From an uncultured Acidobacteriota bacterium (lineage in GTDB: Bacteria > Acidobacteriota > Blastocatellia > RBC074), in contig CAWCKY010000006.1 in assembly GCA_963796275.1 (NCBI GenBank), positions 1,728,001 through 1,792,000 of the forward strand: a stretch of DNA of 64,000 bases. The letters run 5' to 3'. Under the pieces are notes generated by a model, which had not been told where the DNA came from, ran no database searches, and saw only the letters and a list, made by a program, of their open reading frames with translations. Positions 9,381-18,599 of this stretch are shown piece after piece. Position numbers and translations under genes: made by a program. Position 1 is the stretch's first letter, and each line of letters begins with the position of its first letter.

Positions 9381-12300
9381 CTAGCGCCGGCCGTCCAGAT
9401 TCGCCCACTCCCCCGACTGGATGAACGCTGCCCAGTAGAAGGGATGCCGCCACTGCTTGCTTCGCAGCATTCGCAACTGCACCTGCCTGAGCCCCTCGCT
9501 GCGTCCCTCTCCTCGCTGCAGCGCCCGGTAATAATCGATCATCAATTCTTTCGCACCTTCGTCGGTCACCGGCCAGAGGCTCATCACCTGGCTCTCGGAT
9601 CCGGCCAGGACCAGCGCGCGCCTCAACCCCTGCACACCCTCGCCATTCTTGATGTCTCCCACTCCCGTGTCGCAGGCCGAAAGAACCACCAGCCTGGTGC
9701 CCAACAAATCCAAACCGGCCACCTCCAGCGCGGTCAACACGCCATCGTTGTCCCCCTTCATGTTGCGATTGGCTCCCGACAATGCCAGGCCAGATCGCAG
9801 CAGGGGTTCTTCGATGTGCGCGGTCCACTTACTAAGCCGTAGAGCGGGGATTATGGGCGGGTTTTCGTCAGAAATGTCGTTCGTCTCTGTTGGTTGGGCT
9901 GGTTGATCGCTGAAGAAGAACCCGTGTGTAGCTATGTGTAAGATGCGCGGCGCCCGTGCTCGTTTGAGCACAGCTTCGGTAGCCTCCTGTTGCAGGAAAA
10001 CCGCAGCTTCCGGGATGACTGCCTTGATCGCCAGGGCTTCGGCCTTCGTCCCCGGCAGCGGCCGGAAAACGATCCCTCCCTTGCCCCGATTGCCCCGTTT
10101 GCCCCGATTGTCCCAATTGCCCAGTCTGCCCCGGGTCGATTTGCCTTCCCGCTCGGCGGACGGATGGCGAGGTGCCAGACCTCTGAGCTCCTCGTTCTGC
10201 TGCGAATGTCGCACCGAAGAGAGGATCGGCCACAACCAGCGGAACGCCCTGTTCGGGCGGTGAGTCTTGCAGCCGCAGCAGATCGCGCCCGCTCGTCAGG
10301 TAGCTGATGGTGTAGCGTTCGATCAGGTATTGATTCTGTTCGTCTACCAGCGCGGCGAAAGGAACGAGGTTGAGCGAGCCGTCCGGCGCAATCAACAGGC
10401 GGCCGATCTCGCCCAACTCGGATTGTAACGATGACCTGATCGGCCGCATGATCATTTCGTCGACTTCGCGGGCCAGACGCTTGACGTCGATCCGATTCCC
10501 GCGCAAAGCCTGGCGCCAGCCGTCCACCGCTTTATCGATCGGAGCCGCTTCGCCGAGGTCTACCCAGCGGGGCTGACCACTCGGTGCGAGCAGGTAAGCG
10601 ATGTAGCGTGCCGGTTCGCCCTTCAGGGTCGGCAGCTTTTGCGGAGTATAGACGACAAACTCGATGAGGGCGCTGTTGGCGGGCAGCGCTGCCCTGACGG
10701 CGGCGATAGTGACCGGTTGGGTTTGTGCCCGGAACCCGGCGCTTCTCGCGCTGAGCTCACCTTCGAGCTTATCGACCACTTCTTCGAGCGGCTTCAGCCG
10801 TTCCGGGTTTATTTCGGGCTTCGCATCGTCCGTCTCCTTGAGTTTGAGCGCGGCCAACTGCGAGCGGGAATTGGTGAGCCGATCGAAAAGCTCTTTGTCT
10901 TCCGATGTAGCGTGGCGCCGGAAAGTTGCGATGGTGTCTGTCATCGCATCGAGCCCGCGCGCTTTCCGGCGGAGCATAGTAGTGAAAGCGAGATCGAGCG
11001 CCTGCGGATCGTTGGGTGCCGCCTTATTGTGGAGCGTTAGCGTGAAATCGGTCCGTTTAGAGAAGCCGGCCAGATAAGCGAGTTTCTGGCGTTCGGAACC
11101 GGTGGCGAGATTGAGCGCGAAGTTTCGTTCGTCGATGCTGGTGGCGCGCGCTTGAAATGCGACGGCTCGCCCGATATCACCTTTTGCCGCGTATAGCACG
11201 GCAAGGTTACTGAGATAATCGGCAATGTCCGGATGGTCCGGGCCTAACGATTTCTCGCCGATGGATAGTGCGCTGTGAGCGAGGGGTTCGGCAATTGCAA
11301 AGTCACCTTTCTTGGTGAAGAGTGCCGCGAGACTGCTGAGAGTATTAGCGACCTCGGGATGTTCCGGTCCGTGAGCCCTCACCCAGATGTTCAGCGTCCG
11401 CTCGTATAAGAGCTCGGCCTTCGGGTAATCGTCCTTGGTCACGTTGAGCTCGGCCAGATTGAAGAGAACGCGAGCGACATCCGGATGTTCCGGGCCCAGC
11501 GCGCGCTCACGAATGGAGAGGGCGCGCCCATAGTAAAGTTCCGCCTTCGCGTAGTCTCCCTTTCTCGTGCTGTAAATTGAAGCCAGATTATTGAGGATGC
11601 GGGCAACATCCGGGTGTTCCTGTCCCATCGCTTTCTCCATGATAGACAAGGAGCGCTCGTAAAGTGGTTCCGCCTTGGCGGAGTCGCCCTTAGCCCGGTA
11701 GAGGTTTGCGATGTTGGTGAGAAATTTTGCGACTACCGGATGATCTGACCCCAGCGCTTTCTCGTAGATGGCCAGTGCGCGGCTGTACAGCGGTTCAGCC
11801 TTTGCATACTCGCCTTTGGCCCGGTGGAGATTGGCGAGATTGTTGAGCGCGGAAGCGACATCAGTGTGTTCCTGGCCCAGCGCTTTCTCCCCAATGGTCA
11901 ACGCGCGCCTATAGTAGGACTCGGCTTTCGCATAATCACCTGTATCACTATATAGGTTGGCGAGATTATTGAAAGAAGCGGCGACATCAGGATGTTCAGC
12001 TCCCTGTGCCTTCTCCCTGATGGCCAGCGCCCGCTCATAGTATGACTCCGCCTTCGCGTAATCGCCCGTGGTCTTGTAAAGGCCCGCGAGGTTATTGAGT
12101 GTAGCAGCGATAATCGGATTTTCCGGCTTCAGCGATTTCTCCATGCTTGTCAGCGCACGCTGAAACAAGGGCTCCGCTTTCGCATATTCGCCAATTTCAC
12201 TGTAGAGGGAAGCGAGATTAAAGAGCGCACTCGCGAAACCGAGATGCTCCGGTCCCAGTACCTTTTCACAAATTGCCACCACTCGTTCGACCAATGGAAC

Positions 12301-12897
12301 CGCTTCATAATAGTGGCCGGCGCGAAACAGTTTGGCGTATTCGGTGTTTATCTTGCGCGCCTCATGCAACGCGCGGTCATTTTCCGTCGCGAGTCGCTGC
12401 TCCACTACCTGAATCTCGTATTGCCCGACCGCCGCATTCTTATATTTCGCCGCTACCTCAAGCCGGTAGATGCCCGGCTCTTCCGCCGCCCAGGAAACAT
12501 TCTCCTGCCCCTTAGTGCTTCTATCACCATCGAACTCTATGATCTGCTTGCCATCCGGCTTAATCAGTTTCACCACCGTATCTATCCCATCCTGCTTGAC
12601 GACAACCTTGAGAAACTGATCGCCGTTCAGTCTGATCTGATAGCTATGCTGTTGCCCGCCCGCCAACTCGCTTTTGATCGGCTCTCCCTGCTTGAGCGAG
12701 GGAAAATCCATCTCGGTCTTGCTGCTCCTCGCCTCTTTAGGCGTTTGCAGCATCCGAACGTGCGGCGCAGACTGAGTTGATGGTGTTATTAATAAAGCGG
12801 AAAGCAGTAATGAGATCGGGATTCTGGACAGGGCTCGATTCTCTGCCTGCCGTTTCCGGATTTCTGAACCCGAGTAATTTGCACTCTGACGAGCCAT
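9381..12897 (-). pseudogene. TPR-CHAT protein 4 with a single frameshift at ~10075 (real or sequencing error)
   Basis: ORF 9868-12897 has the PPC-like domain, ~9 TPRs and the first half of CHAT. ORF 9381-10235 continues IVFRPLPGT...HIATHG...LSACDTG...HPFYWAAF. Removing one G in AGGGATC joins the two. Confidence 0.85.
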
Positions 12898-13233
12898 GGA
12901 GGTCCCTCACATAGTTATAGGTCCGCGTCTCTAAATATGACGGCCGTATGTTGTCATGCTGACAGAGCGCGAATATACGGGGGTGCGTGAGTAGGCAAGA
13001 CTTTCCGCATAGTACAACGGAATTTAGCGCAAATCGAATCGGTTCGGTCCTTCCTATGCCGACTTTCTTCAAAACTTCCCAATTATTTTTGTCTTAGACT
13101 CAGAAAAAATATGCTTGGCGAGGGGATATTCCGATACAACAATTTAACAATCAATATGCCCGGCTTCTATTGAATGATTACAACTCGCTGATTTATCATC
13201 GCAACGCCCTTTCACTAAAATGAAAACTGGAAC

Positions 13234-14289
13234 ATGGTGAGAAAGCAGTCAGCAACGATTGATCCCTTGCTCGAACCACTACTGTCGCCTATTGGCGACG
13301 AGGAGATCGATCAATTTCTCTCACAACTGATTGTCAGGCACGCCGATCCGGTGATCAAAGGGATCATCAGCTATAAACTCCACTTGAATTCGCAGAATGG
13401 AATCGGGCAGCCCGATGCCTTTGACATTCATCAGGAAGTCATTGTGCAGCTGTTGGCGGCGTTCCGGCAGCTACGACTACAGCCGGCGGCCCACCCGATC
13501 AGCGATTTGCGCGGGCTGGCGGCAGTGATTACTCATCGCACTTGCTCGCGATGGATGCGGCAGCAGTTTCCCGAGCGGCACGCGTTTAAAAATCGCATAC
13601 ATTACCTGCTCGTACGCCACCGAAATTTCGCGGTCTGGCAGAGCGAGAATAAACGACTGACATCCGGCCTCGCGGTTTGGCAGGGGCGCAGGGACGTCGT
13701 AAACGAGAAGCAGCTCAAGGAACTTTCGGATGATGAAGCGCTGCTCGTCCGCATCCGGCTACTCAAATTCAGCAGGCAGGCGGATTGGAGCGGCACTTTT
13801 GATGCGATTTTCAACCGGCTCGGCGGCCCGATTGAGCTAGACAGGTTGGTCGGTTATCTGGCCGCGCTGCTCCATATCGAGGATAGACAGATCGAATCTA
13901 TCGATCAGCTCGATGATTCCTTCGAACCGGAGGATGCGAACAGGGAGCACGATGCGGGATGGCAGCTCGAAAAACGCAGCTTTTTGCAAAGACTTTGGGA
14001 AGAAGTGCAGCTACTTCCGCTCAATCAGCGTGCTGCGTTGTTACTCAACCTGAGAGACCAGGAAGGAGAAGGGTGTCTGCCGCTTTTTCCGGCTCTTGGG
14101 ATCGCGACGGTTCGTCAGATAGCGGAGGCGCTCGAGATGCGCGCGGAAACACTGGCTGAGATGTGGAACGGATTGCCGTTTGAAGACGCAAAGATTGCTG
14201 AATTGCTGCAATTGACGCGTCAACAGATCATTAACGCGCGAAAATCCGCGCGGGAGCGGTTGACCCGGAGGCTGAAAGGATTTATATAA
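13234..14289 (+). CDS. ECF-type sigma-70 factor with large internal insertions
   Basis: Sigma2-like DAFDIHQEVIVQLL...LRGLAAVITHRTCSRWMR and sigma4-like LWEEVQLLPLNQRAALLL...KIAELLQLTRQQIINARKSARERL. Followed by a zinc-finger membrane protein. Confidence 0.78.
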   Translation: MVRKQSATIDPLLEPLLSPIGDEEIDQFLSQLIVRHADPVIKGIISYKLHLNSQNGIGQPDAFDIHQEVIVQLLAAFRQLRLQPAAHPISDLRGLAAVITHRTCSRWMRQQFPERHAFKNRIHYLLVRHRNFAVWQSENKRLTSGLAVWQGRRDVVNEKQLKELSDDEALLVRIRLLKFSRQADWSGTFDAIFNRLGGPIELDRLVGYLAALLHIEDRQIESIDQLDDSFEPEDANREHDAGWQLEKRSFLQRLWEEVQLLPLNQRAALLLNLRDQEGEGCLPLFPALGIATVRQIAEALEMRAETLAEMWNGLPFEDAKIAELLQLTRQQIINARKSARERLTRRLKGFI

Positions 14290-14318
14290 ACGCGGTGAAT
14301 TAAGCGAGGAAACGCTGC

Positions 14319-15608
14319 TTGTCAGATCATCTTACGCAAAATCAGATTGAAAACTATAGCCGCCATTCGCTACCGGCTGCGGATTTGCTCTCCGTCTCCG
14401 ACCACCTCGCCTTCTGCGAGACCTGCCGCCAGCAGGTCCAATGGGCGCTCAATAGTGATGCTATCTATCTCGCGCTCAGATCCGAACTATTCGATCGTAC
14501 GCAACTCTTCTCACCTTCCACAGCTTACGGGCACCTGACATTTGAGCAGATCGTCGGAACAGTTGACGCAACCCTCGCCCACGATGAACTGCAGTCCGTC
14601 ACGGATCACTTGGTCTGCTGCCAACAATGTGTCATGGCAGTCGACGATCTGCGCGTATTTAAAGAGCAGATCGAACCCGAACTCGTCCTCCCGGATCAAC
14701 CTCCCGCTTTGGATTTAAAGAGCCTAACAGCCTGGCCTCGCTGGTTTACGTTGTGGCCCAAATCGCTGGTCTTCGGTTCGGCGCTGGCCGCGCTCTTGCT
14801 GGCTGTCTCCGGCTTGATGTTATGGCAGGCGTTCAAGGTAACAAAAAAGGATGCGCCGAGTACGGCCGTGATGACGCCCTCACCCGCTCCTTCAGCGCCT
14901 GTCCCATCCGGACCGAATCCTGGGGGCGCTACGGCAGTTGCGCTGCTCAACGACGGTGCGGGGCAGGTGAGGTTGGATCAGGCGGGCAAACTATCGGGCG
15001 TCGATCACTTGCCACCCGCTTATCAACAGATTGTAAAAAACGCGCTAACCAAACAGGAATTCGAAAGATCGCCGTTGCTGGCGGGATTGACTCCGAGGGG
15101 TATCACGCCGCGTGGCGGAGGGGATGAGCCGCGCGACAAGTTTTCATTGATCGAGCCGGTCAGGACTTTGGCCCTCTCAGAGCATCCGGATTTTCGCTGG
15201 TCGCGTTTGGTTGGTGCCTCGGTTTATGTGCTCGAGATATACGACGAAGAGTTCGACCTTGTGTCGACCAGTCCACGCATCGCCGGTCAGAGGTGGAGGG
15301 TGCGGCAACCGCTCAAACGTGGTGGCGTCTATTACTGGCAGGTAAAGGCGATCAAAGACGGCAGGGAAGTTGTCTCACCGCAACCGCCATCGCCCCAGGC
15401 GAAATTCCGGATTCTGGATGAGGCGAAGGCGAATGAGTTGGCGCGAGCGCGGCGAGCCTACGGATCCTCACGCCTGTTGCTCGGACTGCTGTATGCAGAG
15501 GCGGGATTGCTGGAAGAAGCCGAAGGACATTTTCGCGCCCTGCAGAAGGCGAATCCCGATTCCGCGATAGCCGCGCAATTGCTGCAGCAAGTACGGTCAC
15601 ATAAGTAA
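14319..15608 (+). CDS. Putative transmembrane anti-sigma factor with two HxxxCxxC zinc motifs
   Basis: HLAFCETC and HLVCCQQC motifs, TM segment LVFGSALAALLLAVSGLMLW, Pro-rich linker, beta-rich domain (GVYYWQVKA) and a C-terminal TPR-like helix pair. Confidence 0.8.
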   Translation: MSDHLTQNQIENYSRHSLPAADLLSVSDHLAFCETCRQQVQWALNSDAIYLALRSELFDRTQLFSPSTAYGHLTFEQIVGTVDATLAHDELQSVTDHLVCCQQCVMAVDDLRVFKEQIEPELVLPDQPPALDLKSLTAWPRWFTLWPKSLVFGSALAALLLAVSGLMLWQAFKVTKKDAPSTAVMTPSPAPSAPVPSGPNPGGATAVALLNDGAGQVRLDQAGKLSGVDHLPPAYQQIVKNALTKQEFERSPLLAGLTPRGITPRGGGDEPRDKFSLIEPVRTLALSEHPDFRWSRLVGASVYVLEIYDEEFDLVSTSPRIAGQRWRVRQPLKRGGVYYWQVKAIKDGREVVSPQPPSPQAKFRILDEAKANELARARRAYGSSRLLLGLLYAEAGLLEEAEGHFRALQKANPDSAIAAQLLQQVRSHK

Positions 15609-15808
15609 TTATCAGCAATTTGATGGCCGCTGATTTAAATGATCAGCCGAGCCTCGACAGCCATTCAGGACCCCGCCATCATTACTACCCTAGCACATAT
15701 TGTTTCCAGCTAAGTCGCGCCGGTGTTACAATCTTCCCAATAACATTATCAATTCAAGTGTTGCGGCGAGTTATTAATTGAAGGAATCGACAAAAGGGGC
15801 GGGGTGTA

Positions 15809-15842
15809 ATCTGGAATTGTGAACAGATTTCCAGATAGGAGG
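15809..15842 (+). promoter_or_regulatory. Inverted repeat abutting the RBS of the umuD-like gene
   Basis: ATCTGGAA(15809-15816)-N12-TTCCAGAT(15829-15836), followed directly by AGGAGG. Confidence 0.4.
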
Positions 15843-15851
15843 ATGTGTATC

Positions 15852-16262
15852 GTGATTAAAGAAATTGGGCAGCCGCAACTGACCAATGCCACCACAACGG
15901 CCAATAAATCCGCTTGGGGAGGATTTCCCAGCCCGGCCGATGATTACCTGCATCGCGCCCTCAATCTGAACGATCATCTCGTTCCGCATCCCATCTCCAC
16001 CTTCTTCATCGAGGTCAAAGGCGATGCGATGGCCGGCGAGAAAATCTTCGATGGAGATACGCTGGTGGTCGATCGAGCGGCCGATATTCGCGCCGGGCAC
16101 ATCGTAATCGCCGTCTCTGGCGGGGAGTTTATACTGCGCAAAATCGTCAGTCAGGAAGGCCGGTTCCTGCTTGTCTCCGATGATTCAGACAAGATGCCGA
16201 TCGAGCTGAATGACGCCTGTGAAATCTGGGGTAGGGTAATGTGGTCGCTCACCAGACACTAG
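15852..16262 (+). CDS. umuD: UmuD-like S24 family protein with substituted catalytic residues
   Basis: GFPSPADDY, TFFIEVKGDAM, IFDGDTLVVDR, IWGRV motifs. Start placed at GTG 15852, 9 nt after AGGAGG. Confidence 0.82.
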   Translation: MIKEIGQPQLTNATTTANKSAWGGFPSPADDYLHRALNLNDHLVPHPISTFFIEVKGDAMAGEKIFDGDTLVVDRAADIRAGHIVIAVSGGEFILRKIVSQEGRFLLVSDDSDKMPIELNDACEIWGRVMWSLTRH

Positions 16263-16321
16263 GGAAGAATGGCAGCTGGGAATACGTGCGTAACGAGGCA
16301 AGGAATCAAAAGCTTCAGGAA

Positions 16322-17129
16322 ATGTTCGATCGCTATCTCACCCGTTGGGGCCTTATACCCGACGGCGAACCAATTACGACCAAAAGCAGTAGGCTGTTGC
16401 CGGTGAGGCGGGGCGATATGCCAGGCCATGCTTAAAATCGCGGTGGAGGCCGAGGAGCGGCGCGGGGCGGCTTTAATGGTTTGGTGGAACGCGGAAGGTG
16501 CGGCTCGCGTCCTGGCACACGAGGATAACGCCATACTGATGGAGCGTGCTATCGGCGAAGCATCACTCGTTGAAATGGCCAGGAATGGTCGCGATGACCA
16601 GGCAAGCCGAACGATCTGTGCAGTCGCGGCGAGGCTCCATGTGCCGAGGGATTATCCGCCACCATCGACGTTAGTGCCCTTGGCACAATGGTTCGATACA
16701 CTTGAGCCGGCAGCATCGAAGCAGGCAGGCGTCTTGAGCAGGGCCGCGAAGACGGCGCGCAAACTTCTGGCCGAGCCGCAAGAGGTCGTCGTTTTGCACG
16801 GAGATATTCACCATAGCAACATACTGGATGCAGGGCCGCGCGGATGGCTCGCCATAGACCCGAAGGGGCTGGTGGGTGAACGCGGCTTCGACTTCGCCAA
16901 TATATTCTGCAATCCCGATCTGGAGACGGCTACAACGCCTGATCGACTCGCGCGCCAGGCCTGTGTAGTGGCTGAAGCCGCGGGTTTGGACCGCGGGCGG
17001 TTATTGAAATGGATATTAGCCTATGCCGGCCTCTCGGCTGCCTGGACGCTCGATGACGGTGAGCAGCCTGAACTGGCACTGGCGGTAGCTGAAATCGCGG
17101 CCACGGAACTAGCGACTATCAGTCCTTAG
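16322..17129 (+). pseudogene. APH(6)-like aminoglycoside/hydroxyurea phosphotransferase, frameshifted at ~16424
   Basis: MFDRYLTRWGLIPDGEPITTKSSRLLPVR continues as MLKIA...LHGDIHHSNILD...WLAIDPKG if one G is removed from CCAGGCCATG. Confidence 0.8.
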
Positions 17130-17525
17130 TAGAGTTTCCGTAGGGAGTTCGCCATAAATGGATGATAGAGAAAGCACGACCTGGGGAATCGGGGGGAAGT
17201 AAATTTATAGAGAATCGGCGCATCGTCTGCTGTAGTGTGTCCAACGGCTGCTTACCAGTTAGGTTCGAGGGGAAAGTAAGCTTGCCGAACTTGTCGCGGC
17301 ACCCACCTCCCCAAGCGCATGGGCCGCAGCGGTGAATATGAGTGGTTTGACATCGGCAATAATCCGACCAACCAAATCATCCGAAAGACAAACCCACGAG
17401 AAGCTCAGCGCCTTGTGGCGTGTGACCCCCCTTGTAACATTCGCCAGTCGGTGCCGACCGCGGGCCGAGACTAACCAGAGTACCAACAATATACCGCACT
17501 AGGTATCGAGACCTTTCGTTTTCTT

Positions 17526-17553
17526 TTGACTTTCTAATTCGTTAGGATATTAT
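17526..17553 (+). promoter_or_regulatory. Candidate sigma70 promoter for unit 1
   Basis: TTGACT-N16-TATTAT. TTGACT is conserved in copy 2 (28830) but the spacer there is shortened. Confidence 0.4.
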
Positions 17554-17792
17554 AGGATTCATCTAGCTACCCCATCTTGAGCAGTTGATCTTCACCCATG
17601 CCTGTGGAATCAGCTGTGAGGAGGGGCTTTATTCTTCATAGCCAGAGATAAATCCATTACCATCTCTTGGATATCCTCACAGGCAAAGACGACCAACTTC
17701 CTCATTCCGTACATCAAAGAAAAAGAAAGCCTTCTGATGCGTTAGCTGACAGCCGGCCTCACATCAGATTTGAGCCAAGGAGCACTCCCCCC

Positions 17793-18515
17793 ATGAACAA
17801 TTATTGTCATTCCTGCGGCCAGATCGATGGTTTCGAATATTCAATAACAAAGAATTTAAAGGACACAGCAGAATCACACCCTAACCAATCTCTTTTCTCC
17901 TGTTCAAAATGTGGTTGCAGTATATTGATCGAACGTCAAATAGAACCGAAGGAATCAGTCCCTTTGCCAACCCTCAATCCAGCTGTGCCCGCTGACCTGG
18001 AGCAGCTTGTAGAAATCCTTCTGCCCGATGTTAACGATGCTGTACGTTGGGCCTCTCTCCGGTATCAAGGTCGCATTTGCCAGGATGAGCTCGATGATCT
18101 CTCACAACAAATTATCCTCAGGCTGATAGAGGATAACTGCCGCCGGTTCCTTTCATTCAGCGGGCAAGCTTCATTCAAGACATGGCTCCAAACAGTAGTA
18201 GATCACCACGTATACAAATATCTCTGCCGACAGAAACGAACCGAGGCCCTGGATGAAATAGACTGGGAATCATTGACCTATTCACCACTGCAAGATCAAG
18301 GTATCGATACTGCAGAAAGGCGAAAACTGCTCTTCAGCGCACTCAGCAAGTTGAGCCGGCAAGAGCGGCTGTTATACCAACTTTGGTTTTTATCTGAGCT
18401 AGATGCTAAGGAGATAGCCGCTATCTTCAGGACCGAAGTCAAGATTATCTACAGGCGCAAGCAAACACTTGTTTGCAAACTCACGAGGCTCATGCAGAAC
18501 TTCCGAGGTCGCTAA
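17793..18515 (+). CDS. ECF sigma factor with an N-terminal CxxC...CxxC extension
   Basis: Start ATG 17793 follows AAGGAG and is conserved in copy 2. Motifs CHSC...CSKC, DELDDLSQQIILRL...FSGQASFKTWL (sigma2), ALSKLSRQERLL...EIAAIF...IYRRK (sigma4). Confidence 0.85.
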   Translation: MNNYCHSCGQIDGFEYSITKNLKDTAESHPNQSLFSCSKCGCSILIERQIEPKESVPLPTLNPAVPADLEQLVEILLPDVNDAVRWASLRYQGRICQDELDDLSQQIILRLIEDNCRRFLSFSGQASFKTWLQTVVDHHVYKYLCRQKRTEALDEIDWESLTYSPLQDQGIDTAERRKLLFSALSKLSRQERLLYQLWFLSELDAKEIAAIFRTEVKIIYRRKQTLVCKLTRLMQNFRGR

Positions 18516-18599
18516 AGAAAAATTTCGCTGGCGAAGGTGAATTTACCCGCGAAATGTCTCTATATACATGAAAGGTCAACAAGCTGTCGGCGAGAGGTA

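Noticed and set aside
5-12780. Many plus-strand ORFs over the CHAT genes (e.g. 16-1071, 351 aa)
   Set aside because: Antisense shadows of the TPR-CHAT coding strand; their repetitiveness mirrors the TPRs.
13234-15608. Type III-E CRISPR (Csx29/Csx30/RpoE) locus
   Set aside because: No Cas7-11 or array is present, and the CHAT proteins look exported; only an analogy is claimed.
17667-17792. TTG-start N-terminal extension of the ECF sigma
   Set aside because: The frame is not preserved in copy 2, whereas the RBS and ATG at 17793 are.
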